A stretch of DNA of 64,000 nucleotides from assembly GCA_001600815.1 (NCBI GenBank), contig BCKZ01000017.1:473970-537969 (forward strand), read 5' to 3'. The stretch comes from Alloascoidea hylecoeti (Eukaryota). Positions 1-12,442 of the stretch are shown here, piece after piece (position 1 is the first letter of the stretch; the number at the start of each line of letters is the position of its first letter). A program made the position numbers and the translations under genes. The notes under the pieces are model-generated. The model worked only from the letters and a program-made list of their open reading frames with translations. It was not told where the DNA came from and did no database searches.

Positions 1-909
1 AATTTGAATTTGAATTTGAAACTTTTCCAGATGTTGAAGTTAACATTGAAGCCTTGGATTTTGTTTCAATAGGACCCAATGATGATGATGATAATGATAA
101 TAATGATAATGATGATGATGATGATGATGATGATGTTGTTGTCATTGAACTAGATTTTGAAATTTCAATTGTGTTTTGGAATATGTATTACCATTTATGT
201 TATAATTTAATTCTGAAGTGTTAAAATTATTATTTATAGTTGTTTTAAAATTAAAAGGATTAATAGTACTAGTTATAGTTACTGGTATATCCAATTTATG
301 TTCCTTTTCATTACTATTATTATTGTTAATATTGTTAGTATTACTTACATGTTTATGTTTATCATCATTGTTGATATTTTTATCCTTGACTCCATAAAAT
401 AGCTTTCTTTTAGATGGTGCGTTTATTGAAGTAGGGGTTGTTGATTTGGATTGATGTTGAATTTAAATTTAAATTTGGATTGTTTATTAAAAAACGATGA
501 TTGATCTTGTATTTCACCTTGTATTTGTAATTGATTAAAAATTATATCAATATGTTGTTGTTAAGTATGATTATCATAATTGATAATTTTTAAAGTTTTG
601 ATTCAAAAAATATATATTTTTAGTTCATCCTAATCTCAATGGTCTTTTATTAACAATTAAAACAGGAATCATCATTAATAGACATCAACAATAAAAAGAC
701 CAGCTATCATCACAGTTACGTGTTGAAGGATTCATGGGGAGACACAACCCGAGGTGAAAACACACAAACTTACGGGATCTAGCTTGCAGATTTAATACTT
801 TTGAGATCAACATGTTATAATCACTATTGGAACTAAGAACAGAAAAGAGTTGTAGTTGTAGATATTCAAGAAAGTTTTTCATCTTTGGATACGTTATTGA
901 TTGCAACAT
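1..909 (-). pseudogene. Degraded coding-like sequence running off the left edge (Ser/Asn-rich), product unknown
   Basis: 74-aa ORF 685-909, then coding-like minus-strand frames with stops and frameshifts (e.g. STTPTSINAPSKRKLFYGVKDKNINNDDKHK...SSSSSSLGPIETKSKASMLTSTSGKVSNSNS). Confidence 0.3.
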
Positions 910-2364
910 GGTCTAAATTAAATAGAATAACTGTGTAATGAGAATAACTGTGTAATGAGAATTTTGGATTATAATGATAAAATCTAATTTATATTTAGTA
1001 CTTTTCTTTGTGTAAAAAGACTACTATATCAATATAATATGGCAAAGATTGTAATGAAAGAAGTTAATCTTTTAAGTTAATTGTTTTGATTCTTAGTTAT
1101 ATGAAGCCTATTATTATACCCGTTACGAGCCTTTACAGGTATAATTTTTTTCAAAAAAGAGATTTGTGTGAGTTTAAACTCTTCTTTATAGATTAAGGTA
1201 ATTTCTTCAGTATATATATTTGCAAATAAAGGAGGTTTATAAGTATAATATGAAGCGGCTGAAATCTAGTCGCTTGAAAAGTATAGTATTTTAATAGTGA
1301 GATACTCCTGTTCTTGTAGCTTAAACAAGCAATTAAAGAAATATTTTATATCCAGATTTAATAGAATTCTTCCATATATTGATATATTAGACGAATCAGT
1401 TCATTAAGATGATAAACTCGACACATTATGAACTAAAATAACCTATTATTATAATGCCGATGGTTTAGAATTGAATCTACTTTGATAAGATAATATATGT
1501 AGTCGAAATAAATCTTGTTCTCGTCGAAACATGAAGAAAATCCTCTTATTATATAGATAGATAATTAACCATTTAACTATGCATGATTATCTAAGAACAG
1601 GAAAGAGGTGCTACTAATATAGAGCTGGTAGCCATATGTATAACACCTATGGTTTGTATATTAAATTGTTAATATTTTTAATTAATCCAGTCATAATAGG
1701 ATAGTTAATAATCATAATTATAATAATTATTTATAAATAGTAAAATTTTGAATTCTATTTCCAACTTTATTACCTTTTGAAAAAAAAGAACTTGATAACC
1801 AAAGAAGGTTTAGTAAATGGCGCTAGAATAACTAATATTGGTAAATATTGTTCGATATAATAAATTGTTCCTGATTTGGTCCATTTTGGAGATTTGACTA
1901 TTATTCCACGAATTATGGAATTGGTTGAAGATGCAGAAATGGCGCTGCAGCTGATGAAGCTCCCTATATTAAATATTCTGATACTTCTACAAATTTAAAT
2001 GAACAAATATTCTATTGAAAAATGGTATATTATTAACATTTGACATAAATACTGATGTGTGGTTTTCCACCCAAGAATTGGTAGAATTGATCTTCAATGG
2101 TCAGTAGATGTCTTTCTTTTGAGACTCACTTTCCATTCATCACCACTATCTTTTACGGTACTTGCTCCTTGTTAATTAGTGAAAATAACTCTAGAGGGCT
2201 AGGGACGGTCGGCAATAATGTATATTCTAGACAAGTTCCTACACATCATGATCATGATTCATGATTCAATTGGATTGGTTACAAATATTTAGGCTATATA
2301 TTGCTCAGTTTTATAATGCTATTGACATGAACAATAAAGTAAAATTACTGTCTCAATTATTAAC

Positions 2365-5085
2365 TTATTTCTTTTTAATACTAAATTTGAAACCTGCTTT
2401 CTTCATAGGTTTTTCTAATGACTCACTAGGTTGTAGATTTATAGATGACGTGTTTTGTTCAGTTACTAGATTCATAGATCTCTTTGTCATATGGGTTTCT
2501 TCATCCTTTTTGTATGAGGTTATCAAATTCTTGTAGTACTTCATATCATCGGACGAGATTGGATCACCATCGAAATCTCCCCAAAGTGGTATATTTCTAT
2601 CATATAAAGTGTTTTTAGACCTCTGTGTTTTATCGTCTACTAATTGTTGATCCTCAACCTTAGTACTGATATCTATCACGTCGCCATTAAACAATCTTCT
2701 CATGTCTCTAATCCCTCCATTAGTGTTAGTCTTAGAATTAAGCATGAACATATTCCAATTTTCCCAAACATCAAGAAGTGAATTTACTTGTCTTTTGAAA
2801 TTCTCAGCTCTTAACCGACCCCCTTCTTTTGATAGTAAAACATAAAACTTATGCAGTTGTTCAAAAGTATATGGAAGTCTTTCCTCGAATAAATTGTTAT
2901 ATATCCATGGTGTTATAGTTACTAGTTTATTGCCACTACCAGAATTAGGATCTATAGATTGAGAAGAAGTCGAACAATAGTAACTATAAGTGAATTTATT
3001 CTGTTGATCATTACTTGAAACAATATCATTTAAGGAAGATAAAATATCATTTATAGCCCATAACCTTGCTATTTTTAGTCGTGATATTTTATTTAGATCC
3101 ATTTCTTCATCTTCTGACATTGTTTCATCCTTATCTTTTTTTGGTTTCAAGATATCTTCAAAATCTAATAATTCAATGGATTGACATATTATATCTACAA
3201 TCTCACTTGCATACCTGAAATTTTCCATAGCAAATGCCATGACTCTCGCAATAGATCCACGCCTATATGATATAAACCGTAACAAAACCTTTAGATGTAT
3301 CAGATTCCATTTATCAAGATAAGTTATAGGTGAGGCATCATACGGTTTAGTATGTGGCTCCGTATTGTCAATTAGCTCCTCTTGCCAATTGTAACTGCTT
3401 TGAGAAACGGAATCTTGCTTTACTAGAGCAAGTTGTTGATCAAGTGTAGAAGCGGGACGAGGAAATCTGAGTACTAGTGGTAATCTTATAGATGAAACTT
3501 CCATATTTTTAAAAAGAACCGTGCTATATTGAATTCTCTGTTTTTGATAAATACTAATAGGTTCATATAGTGATAAAATATCCGATGAAGATTTTTCATA
3601 ATTGGGCCATTCATCAAGTGTGATAAAATCTTTCAAATTATGATAATTCCCATTTTTAACTTCTTGTATTTGTTTATAGCTTCTATAAACAGTAAATAAC
3701 TTCCATCTGTAATATAAATGTAAATTTGAATCCCAATTGAATAAGAATTCAAAATCAGGGTTATCTTTTTCTTTCTCCATAATTATACTTTCAAATATTG
3801 AACCATGTTTTACAACTTTTTCCACCATCATATGAATAAGACGTAAAGTAGTTATTGAAAGGGGATTTCTAATTTGAATCTCAGTTAATATAGGACGAGG
3901 GGGTAGTGGTAAAGTAGGTGAAGTATTGTAATTTTTATTTAAATGGCGCCTTTTGAATGGCGGTAGAGCATTCAACTTTTCTTCTTCTAATATATATTCA
4001 TCCATTTTTTCTTCGTATTTGATGACATCAATCTTATTGAAGAGTTTGACTGCTTTAAAAGGTACATCTGAAGACTCGAAATAGGTGGATTTTGGTTTGA
4101 AATTTGATTGATTGAAATGTTGTACATGAGGTCTAATATTAGTAGAGTATTCTTCTAATTCAGATATTCTTGAGATGTCAATTTTAAGTCTATATCCTTT
4201 TCCAAGATAATATTCAGATAAATTGTCTTTAATATAATCACAATTTCTTCTTCCTATGATTTCCAAAAAGCAGATTGAGCCTAAGAGATTATTCCACAAA
4301 ACATTCGAGTTTACATGATACCAATCTCTCAAAGGAATTAAATGGATTTTGATAATAGCTTTATCAAGTTCGGTTTGATCGTCATTAAATATCTTTTTCA
4401 ATAAAATAGATGTTATCATTTGAGAACTATAATCCGTTGGAATTTGGCTTAATTTAAGAATATAAATATCATCATTGGAAATATCTTTAGGCTTTATAGG
4501 TACAGTTGTATCATTATCAACAACAACTTCTTCAGTGAAAACATCTTTGGTGCTAAGAGAATGAATCTCCTGTGAATTCTTTTCAGAATGATCTGGGGTG
4601 ATCATTTTATCAGGAGAGTGAGACCTAGATCTCAACTTGCGCTCTCTTTCATACTCACTTTCGTAGTCTCTTTCATAATCTCTTTCATAATCTCTTTCAT
4701 AATCTCTTTCCCTGTATGCATTATTATAGTTGTTTCTAGCATCAAAATTTGGAGTATTTATGTCATAGTCATTCCTTCTATAATTATAGGTTCTATTATT
4801 ATTATTATAGCTGCTATTGGAGCTATTATTGTGGTTATTATTATAGTTATTATTGTAGTTATTATTATAGTTATTATTATTATAGTTATTATTGGGACTA
4901 TGCTGAAACTCTCTGTTTGGATATCCTCTTTGTGGACGAGTGTAGTTATTCGGTCCATGTGATTGTGGGTTCGATGTATATCTCCCCCCTGAACTTGATG
5001 GAAAACTGTCGTTATAAGAAGATTCATTAATATTGGGGATCTTTTGCGAAGCTGAGTGCCCTTTGGTGAAATGTCTTGGAGGCAT
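2365..5085 (-). CDS. U2 snRNP-associated SURP/SR140-like protein (RRM-like, SURP/SWAP and CID domains)
   Basis: 906-aa ORF; SURP motif LIHMMVEKVVKHGSIFESIIMEKEKDNPDFEFLF...HLYYRWKLF; CID-like RGSIARVMAFAMEN...KIARLWAINDILS; RLRAENFKRQVNSLLDVWENW; RDYE/RS repeats at N-terminus. Confidence 0.85.
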   Translation of the reverse strand: MPPRHFTKGHSASQKIPNINESSYNDSFPSSSGGRYTSNPQSHGPNNYTRPQRGYPNREFQHSPNNNYNNNNYNNNYNNNYNNNHNNSSNSSYNNNNRTYNYRRNDYDINTPNFDARNNYNNAYRERDYERDYERDYERDYESEYERERKLRSRSHSPDKMITPDHSEKNSQEIHSLSTKDVFTEEVVVDNDTTVPIKPKDISNDDIYILKLSQIPTDYSSQMITSILLKKIFNDDQTELDKAIIKIHLIPLRDWYHVNSNVLWNNLLGSICFLEIIGRRNCDYIKDNLSEYYLGKGYRLKIDISRISELEEYSTNIRPHVQHFNQSNFKPKSTYFESSDVPFKAVKLFNKIDVIKYEEKMDEYILEEEKLNALPPFKRRHLNKNYNTSPTLPLPPRPILTEIQIRNPLSITTLRLIHMMVEKVVKHGSIFESIIMEKEKDNPDFEFLFNWDSNLHLYYRWKLFTVYRSYKQIQEVKNGNYHNLKDFITLDEWPNYEKSSSDILSLYEPISIYQKQRIQYSTVLFKNMEVSSIRLPLVLRFPRPASTLDQQLALVKQDSVSQSSYNWQEELIDNTEPHTKPYDASPITYLDKWNLIHLKVLLRFISYRRGSIARVMAFAMENFRYASEIVDIICQSIELLDFEDILKPKKDKDETMSEDEEMDLNKISRLKIARLWAINDILSSLNDIVSSNDQQNKFTYSYYCSTSSQSIDPNSGSGNKLVTITPWIYNNLFEERLPYTFEQLHKFYVLLSKEGGRLRAENFKRQVNSLLDVWENWNMFMLNSKTNTNGGIRDMRRLFNGDVIDISTKVEDQQLVDDKTQRSKNTLYDRNIPLWGDFDGDPISSDDMKYYKNLITSYKKDEETHMTKRSMNLVTEQNTSSINLQPSESLEKPMKKAGFKFSIKKK

Positions 5086-5184
5086 CTAGCTTCGGGTGTG
5101 TTAAATGTTGAATGTTACCGGTAGATGCTAACTTTATAATTCAAAGTTATTGTTTCAAGTAACCTAATAATAACCTGTCGATAG

Positions 5185-5196
5185 TGAAAATTTTCA
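5185..5196. promoter_or_regulatory. RRPE-like palindrome TGAAAATTTTCA
   Basis: Matches the RRPE consensus about 100 bp upstream of the U2SURP-like ATG. Confidence 0.4.
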
Positions 5197-5365
5197 AAGT
5201 CATTTACATACATTTTCATCATCAATTGAAATAACAGTATCATAATCCATATCATCATCTACATTTAATTTATATAATAAAATATATCTATTGGCATATT
5301 GAATTCGAGTTATATACATAATGATAAATACAATTGCACTAATGTGATGAACTATCAACAAATGA

Positions 5366-6151
5366 TTATTTTTTATCAACAACTTCCTTATCAGCGGCCC
5401 CTCGTACTAATTTGATCGCCTTGTTTGAAGAAATAGTAGGCGATACAATATTTACTGTCCTTTTAACTGCCTTGGAACCTGGAAGATTAATGGAAATATC
5501 GTGCAATCCAATAAAATCAATATGTGGTAATTCAGTCTGAGATGGCGAATGTGCTGGATATTTTATTGTGATATCTTCAGGGTCAATGTTCACAGAAACC
5601 AATTGATCTATCCTTTTAACAATGTCTTTCTTTTCGAGATTTTTAATCAGATAACCGGATAATTTTGCTGCTGTAGAAAATAAAAGTACCCGTGGAAGAC
5701 TATTGAGCATATCCTGTGTGAATGCCGAAGAAGATTTAGTTGGTGAATCGGTTTTGGATATACCTAATTTCAGCTCCCGAAGACTCTGAGAATCATCAAA
5801 ACTATCAAAGAGTTCAATCTTTTGAGATATTTCTTTTACTACGACTTTTTCTTCTTCTTCCACCAGCAATTTTTTCTTTTTAGCCTGTGATTCTGATACT
5901 GAAACAACTGGAATTGGAGCAGGTTGATTTGGTAAAATATAAGCAGCACCATTGTATGGATATAATTTGTTTCTCATAGTTGAAGCTTGTACTTGAATGA
6001 TTTGTCCTCGTACACCGAATCTTTCAAAATCCTTCAGCAACTGAACTGGAATCAGCCTTCGTTTTGTTACAGCAGTCCATCTAACATATTTTGGGGCCTC
6101 TTTAAAACCGTTCTGAGTGCAGCCATTTCTAGCTAATACTAAGAACGACAT
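5366..6151 (-). CDS. MRPL50: Mitochondrial ribosomal protein bL9m
   Basis: L9 N-terminal motif VQLLKDFERFGVRGQIIQVQASTMRNKLYPYNGAAY; likely start MSFLVLARN at 6151 (ORF track extends to 6229). Confidence 0.8.
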   Translation of the reverse strand: MSFLVLARNGCTQNGFKEAPKYVRWTAVTKRRLIPVQLLKDFERFGVRGQIIQVQASTMRNKLYPYNGAAYILPNQPAPIPVVSVSESQAKKKKLLVEEEEKVVVKEISQKIELFDSFDDSQSLRELKLGISKTDSPTKSSSAFTQDMLNSLPRVLLFSTAAKLSGYLIKNLEKKDIVKRIDQLVSVNIDPEDITIKYPAHSPSQTELPHIDFIGLHDISINLPGSKAVKRTVNIVSPTISSNKAIKLVRGAADKEVVDKK

Positions 6152-6255
6152 TACTGAATTTGTTTTAACTGGTGAAAAAGATGAAAAATCGTGTAATTTG
6201 TCGTTCTGATATTTACGCGCGCAAATCATTTGCTGATATAATGATTACATAATAA

Positions 6256-6261
6256 TGACTC
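6256..6261 (+). promoter_or_regulatory. Gcn4-type site TGACTC upstream of THR4
   Basis: ATGACTCT about 85 bp upstream of an amino-acid biosynthesis gene. Confidence 0.5.
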
Positions 6262-6340
6262 TTCTAAAGAAAACGGCCTTTTTCATTGATTTTCATGAAC
6301 TTTTGATCTTCTCCCTCTTTTTTTGATCTTCTCTTCAATA

Positions 6341-7915
6341 ATGACATTTCATACCGAATCACAAAAATACCATTCTACTCGTTCCTCGGGATCCGAAACT
6401 TTGACTTTTGAGGAAGCTGTCATCACTGGTTTAGCAACTGATGGCGGGCTTTTCATCCCAACTGCAGTTCCATCTGCACCAGCTGATTTTCTGGAAACGT
6501 GGAAAGATCTTAGCTTTCAAGAGTTGGCTTTCAATATTTTGAGTCTTTATATTTCAAGATCAGAAATTTCAGAAGATGATCTGAAGTCTTTGATTGAAAG
6601 ATCATACTCAACTTTCCGTGAAAAAGATGTTACTCCTCTAAGAGCACTTGACAAATCTAAAGGTTTATACTTGTTGGAATTATTTCATGGCCCAACTTAT
6701 GCTTTTAAGGACGTTGCCCTTCAATTTGTTGGTAACTTATTTGAGTACTTTCTACAAAGGAAAAATGAAGGTAAGGCTGAAAGTAGCACCAGTAGGGACA
6801 CAATTACTGTTGTTGGTGCTACTTCTGGTGATACTGGAAGTGCTGCCATTTATGGCCTTCGAAATAAAAAAGATGTTTCCGTTTTCATTTTATACCCAAC
6901 AGGTCGTATTTCTCCTATTCAAGAGGCACAAATGACTACTGTTCTAGATAAAAATGTCCATACTCTTTCTGTCAAAGGAACTTTTGATGACTGTCAAGAT
7001 ATTGTCAAACAAGTCTTCGGTGATGTTAACTTTAACGCAAAATATCATATTGGTGCTGTCAATTCTATCAATTGGGCTAGAATTTTAGCTCAAATCACTT
7101 ACTACTTCCATTCATATTTCAACTTGAAAAAGCAAGTACCAACTGGTACAAAAGTCCGTTTTGTTGTTCCAAGTGGTAACTTTGGTGATATATTAGCCGG
7201 TTGGTTTGCTAAAAGAATGGGTCTTCCCATTGATGAATTAATAATCGCAACAAACTCTAATGATATTTTGGATAGGTTCATGAAGACAGGTAGATATGAG
7301 AAGAGTGCTGATGCTTCTGTATCAGCTGAAGTTAAATCAACATTATCTCCAGCTATGGATATCTTAATCTCAAGTAATTTTGAACGATTATTATGGTTTC
7401 TTGTTCGTGAGAATGATGCTTCTTCAAATGCTGAGGCCGGTAAGATTTTGAATCAATGGATGTCTCAACTGAAAACTGTTGGATCAGTCACAGTTCCAGA
7501 ATCAGTCATTTCTGGTGCTAGGAAAGAATTCTCGAGTGAATGTGTTAATGACAAACAGACGCTGGAAACTATTAATAAAATATATACAAGTGACACTACA
7601 AGATATGTCATCGATCCCCATACATCAGTTGGTGTTACTTCTTCTTTACGACGAATTGCTCAAGATGCTGAAAAGGGAACTAAAGACGTTGCATATATCT
7701 CACTTTCGACAGCTCATCCAGCTAAATTTGCTGATGCTGTTAATGATTCTCTTTCTTCTGTTGAGGGTTATTCTTTTGAAGAGAGTGTTCTACCTGATGA
7801 ACTAAAATTATTATCTACAAAGGAAAGGAAAATTAAATTAGTTGAAAAAGCTGACCTTGAGCTTGTTAAATCTGTTATTGTTGAAGAATTAGAAAAAGAA
7901 AAAGAAAGTTTATAA
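6341..7915 (+). CDS. THR4: Threonine synthase
   Basis: GLATDGGLFIP, PLP-lysine motif LELFHGPTYAFKDVAL, VGATSGDTGSAA, NSINWARI, VPSGNFG, STAHPAKF; first ATG at 6341. Confidence 0.97.
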   Translation: MTFHTESQKYHSTRSSGSETLTFEEAVITGLATDGGLFIPTAVPSAPADFLETWKDLSFQELAFNILSLYISRSEISEDDLKSLIERSYSTFREKDVTPLRALDKSKGLYLLELFHGPTYAFKDVALQFVGNLFEYFLQRKNEGKAESSTSRDTITVVGATSGDTGSAAIYGLRNKKDVSVFILYPTGRISPIQEAQMTTVLDKNVHTLSVKGTFDDCQDIVKQVFGDVNFNAKYHIGAVNSINWARILAQITYYFHSYFNLKKQVPTGTKVRFVVPSGNFGDILAGWFAKRMGLPIDELIIATNSNDILDRFMKTGRYEKSADASVSAEVKSTLSPAMDILISSNFERLLWFLVRENDASSNAEAGKILNQWMSQLKTVGSVTVPESVISGARKEFSSECVNDKQTLETINKIYTSDTTRYVIDPHTSVGVTSSLRRIAQDAEKGTKDVAYISLSTAHPAKFADAVNDSLSSVEGYSFEESVLPDELKLLSTKERKIKLVEKADLELVKSVIVEELEKEKESL

Positions 7916-8353
7916 TAACTCCCTTTTTAATAATTCCTTATTTGCATTAGAAAAGTCTATATAGTGTATATGAATTTAAATTTTTAATATCTATTGAATT
8001 TGAATTACCATTTAGACTATGTGATCTTAAATAATATTATTTTAAAATGATAAATTTGTTATTGTTATTAATTCATCATTTCCGTTTAAATTTCTATTTA
8101 AATTTTTATTTAGGTTTCCATTTCCATTTCCATTTATTGAATTATCATTATTTTTAATTGATCTTGTTGTTGATCAACAATTGATGAAATTGATGGGAAT
8201 CTTGTTGTTGATAAATTAAATCCAATTGTATCAATAATTGTTTTTTACATCATCATCATGATCATTTTTAATATTATTATTTGAATCATCACTAAATTTT
8301 CTTTACAAAACTTTCTCTTTCATCATAGATATATGCATTTTTAGTTGTTTTTT

Positions 8354-9022
8354 TCATTTAAATTTACGTTTTTTTTTATTCCGTCCTTCATCGTTTGGTC
8401 TTTGCCGTTTTAATACACCACTATTGGATATACTCTTCAAACTCTGTAGTTTTTGTTTGTCTTCCTTATTCTTATTTCTCCACATATTATCCAAAAAAGT
8501 TTTACTCTTCACTTCTCCGTCGATATCATTTGATTCATTCTCAGAATCTGACGTATCATTTTCTTCCTCTTTTTCTTCTTCTTCTGGATATCCCCATTTC
8601 CTTCTACCAGTGTTAAAGGGTATCTCTTCATGTTTTAATTCATTTATGCTTGAAAATCCAACTGTTGAAACCACCAGCCTAGCTTTACGTCCTATATTTT
8701 TCCTCAGAGTAATTGGCATGCTCCATTCCGACTGATCATGTAATTTTTTGACGGATTCTTCCTCCTCTTGTGCTTTTTCATTCTGCTTTTCACGTCTCAT
8801 AAACTAAATAGAAAAAAAAAATTAGTTAAAGATGAAGGCTCTAGTGAGGATAAACCATTTGCTCTTATAATAACTACATACTTTCATATTTAATACTCTA
8901 CTCGAAAGGCCCACCTTTTCTTTCGATTTAGTTGCCCCTTCTTTTCTCGAAGATTTCGTAGAATGCATTTTTTCTTGTAAAATTCTTTGTCGTTGATATA
9001 TTGTATATCTCAAGGTGCCCAT
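8354..9022 (-). CDS. MPP6: M-phase phosphoprotein 6-like nuclear exosome cofactor, 2 exons (intron 8804-8881)
   Basis: GTATGT donor at 8881, ACTAAT branch, TAG acceptor at 8804; splicing joins LSSRVLNMK to FMRR, the MPP6 N-terminal signature; GRRKWG motif and basic C-terminus; start at 9022 or 8968. Confidence 0.7.
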
Positions 9023-9071
9023 TGAATTATTTTATTTTGAATGAGGTGTGTGGGTGTTTGGTCCATCTATA

Positions 9072-9085
9072 TGAAAAAAAATTTT
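9072..9085. promoter_or_regulatory. RRPE element in the divergent MPP6/PWP2 promoter
   Basis: TGAAAAAAAATTTT between two rRNA-processing genes about 100 bp apart. Confidence 0.55.
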
Positions 9086-9124
9086 AAAAGGTGAATTTAT
9101 TTTTTCATTCATATCAAATTCACA

Positions 9125-12057
9125 ATGAAATCAGATTTTCGTGTATGTTATATTATATTTTAAAAATATATGTATGATTGAAAGTATTAACAATTGGACA
9201 GTTTTCTAATCTGCTTGGAACAGTTTACAGAGAAGGAAATTTAGTCTTTACAAAGGATGGAACGACATTATTAAGTCCAGTAGGAAATCGATTAAGTGTA
9301 TTTGATTTAATAAAGTAAGTATATTTTAAGGAAATTGGATTGAAGAGACACAATATTGAGATTCTAATTTTTTTTATATTTAGCAATAAATCTTTTACTT
9401 TTTCTTATGAACATCGAAAAAATATTAATGTTGTAGCATTAAATCCACAAGGAAATTTATTGTTAACTGTTGATGTAGATGGAAGAGCTATTCTTGTTAA
9501 TTTTATTGCAAAAACAGTAATTCATCATTTTAATTTTAAAGATAGAGTCTCTGATCTTCAATTCTCTCCAGATGGAAAACATTTTGCTGCTGCTGTTGGA
9601 AGATCTGTTCAAGTTTGGAAAACTCCAGAGTTTAGCTACGACAGACAGTTCGCACCTTTTATTCGTCACAGAGTTTATACAGGACATTATGCCGAAATAA
9701 CATCTATCAAATGGTCAAATGATTCTAGATTTTTTTTATCCACATCAAAGGATATGACTACAAGAATTTATTCATTGTCTTCTGAAGAGAGTGGTGCTGC
9801 TTCAACATTATCTGGGCATAAGGATTATGTTATTGGAGCTTTTTTTAGCGCGGATCAAGAAACAATTTATACTATTAGTAAAGATGGTGCATTGTTTCAA
9901 TATAATTATCTTTCAAAAAAGAAGAAGAAAGAAGAAGGTGAAGAGAGTGAGGATGAGGAAGAAGAAGAAGATGTTGATTCAATGAGTTGGAGAATCACAA
10001 ATAGACATTTTTTTCTTAACAACTCTAAAGTTGTTTGTGCAACTTTTCATCCAAAATCTAACTTACTTGTTGTCGGATTTTCAACTGGAATATGGGGTTT
10101 ATATGAACTACCCGAGGTGGTTCAAATACAATCTTTGAGTATCTCCCAAAACTCAATTGATCATGTTTCTATTAACAATTCTGGGGAATGGTTAGCTTTA
10201 GGGTCCTCCAAATTGGGTCAATTATTAGTTTGGGAGTGGCAATCGGAGTCGTATATTTTAAAACAACAAAGTCATTTTGATTCAATGAATGCTTTAGTGT
10301 ATTCGCCAGATGGCTCAACTATAGTAACTGCTGCTGATGATGGTAAGATTAAAGTCTGGGACTCTGTATCTGGATTTTGTCGAATTACTTTTGATGTTCA
10401 TACATCGGGAGTAACTGCCCTCCAATATTCAAAGAAAGGTCAAGTATTATTTTCTGCTTCACTAGATGGAACAGTAAGAGCATGGGATATGTATCGCTAT
10501 AGAAATTTCAGAACATATACCGCCCCAGATACTGTCCAATTCACGTCATTGGCAGTTGATCCGAGTGGTGAAGTGATTTGTGCTGGATCTCTAGATGATT
10601 ATTCAATTTATGTATGGAATGTCCAAAATGCACAATTATTAGATACATTAGCGGGACATGAGGGGCCAATATCTAGTTTAGCATTTGGAAGTGAAGGTGG
10701 AATATTGGCAAGTGGTAGTTGGGATAAAACTGTCCGTCTGTGGAGTATCTTTGGACGAAGTCAATCAACCGAACCTTTACAGATTTACTCTGATGTTCTC
10801 AGTATCGCATTAAGACCAGATTCCAAACAAATAGCAGTTTCTACTTTAGATGGCCAAATTTCTATTTGGGATGTTGAAGACGCTCGTCAAATTGGTAATA
10901 TTGATGGAAGAAAAGATATTCTTGGTGGGCGATATCTTGAAGATCGATTCACAGCTAAAAATTCTCAAAGATCGAAATACTTTTCTACAATAAATTATAG
11001 TTTTGACGGGTTAACTCTAACAGCTGGTGGAAATAGTAACTCAATATGTTTATATGATATTGCTAATGAGGTCCTATTGAAAAGATTTAAAATTTCTGCA
11101 AATATGATGTTAGATGGTACTCTCCAGTTTTTGAATAGCAAAGACATGACAGCAGCTGGTCCATTAGCTCTTATCGACAGAGCGGGTGAAAATTCGGATC
11201 TTGAAGACAGAATTGATCATACATTGCCAGGTGCTACTCGTGGTGATCCATCAGCTAGGAAAACAAGACCTGAAATTCGTACAACCGCAATTCAATTTTC
11301 ACCAACTGCCAATGCTTTCGCTGCTGCTTCTACAGAAGGATTATTGGTTTATTCGGTTGATGATGATATGATTTTTGATCCTTTCGATCTAGATGTTGAC
11401 ATAACACCTGAAAGTACTTTGGAACAGCTTTCAAGAAAAGAGTATTTGGTTGCACTTGTTATGTCATTCAGGTTGAATGAACCACAACTAATTAAACAAA
11501 TTTATCAAGAAATACCGGTTGGTGATATAGATTTAGTTGCTAGAGGTATCCCTGAAGTTTACCTTAATAAATTCCTACAAAATCTTGGTTCTTGGGCTAT
11601 GGAATCTCCTCATATTGAATTCAATCTCCTTTGGATAAAATCTTTAATTTCACACCATGGTAGATATATTGGGATGAATAGACATAAGTTCATGTCTTCT
11701 GTTAGAAGTTGTCAGAGATTCATTCTTAGAATTGGAAAAGAAATTGTTAAAGTCTCAAATGAGAATTCTTTCATGCTCCAATTTCTTTCCACAGGTTCTC
11801 AAAGTGCAGTTATAGGAGGGAGTGAAACAGATGAAAACATGGAAGATGAAGATGAAAATGAAGATGAAAATGAAGATGAAAATGAAGATGAAAATGAAGA
11901 TGAAAATGAAGATGAAAATGAAGATGAGAGTGAAGATGAGGACGATGATGAAGAAGGTTGGATTGGTATTGAATCACGGTCAGGAGCTATACAGAAGACA
12001 AGCTCTGAAAGTGACTCTGATTCTGACGATAGCATGGGTGAGAACGAGAGCGAGTAA
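9125..12057 (+). CDS. PWP2: U3 snoRNP WD40 protein Pwp2/Utp1, 3 exons (9125-9142, 9202-9314, 9384-12057)
   Basis: Spliced N-terminus MKSDFRFSNLLGTVYREGNLVFTKDGTTLLSPVGNR; GTATGT and GTAAGT donors; WD40 repeats; LLVWEWQSESYILKQQ; Utp12-type C-terminal region; acidic tail. Confidence 0.95.
11842..11926 (+). repeat. 12-bp coding minisatellite (GAAGATGAAAAT)n encoding EDEN repeats
   Basis: About 6-7 tandem units in the PWP2 acidic tail. Confidence 0.9.
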
Positions 12058-12188
12058 ACTCGAAGAACATTATAGTCACAGTGTAATCATACTATAAGCA
12101 TAAAAGTGTATTAATATAAATTTTAGTAATTATAAAGAACTCATCTTTCATTTTTTTCATGATCTGTACAGTACTCTGCGTTAATATA

Positions 12189-12374
12189 CACCACCTGCTG
12201 ACCTTATATTCGCATACATTTGAGATACTATTCGCCCACATGTTTTAATGCAAGGTGGCCGAACTTAAGTGAGAAGCTCGTCGAATATTGTTAGATAATA
12301 TGGTCGAATTATTAATTTAAACTGTGGGCGAATAGTATCTCAAATGTATGCGAATATAAGGTCAGCAGGTGGTC
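12189..12374. mobile_element. MITE with perfect 51-bp terminal inverted repeats, TA-flanked (Tc1/mariner type)
   Basis: 12190-12240 is the exact reverse complement of 12323-12373; TA at 12187-88 and 12375-76. Confidence 0.85.
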
Positions 12375-12442
12375 TAAATTGTAGTATGTCTTCGATTTTA
12401 ATTGGAGATGGAAAATTTAAAAAAGTTATTTTTCTCCATCAA

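Noticed and set aside
2201..2213. TAGGGACGGTCGG resembling 18S rRNA
   Set aside because: Only about 13 nt; the flanks do not match rRNA
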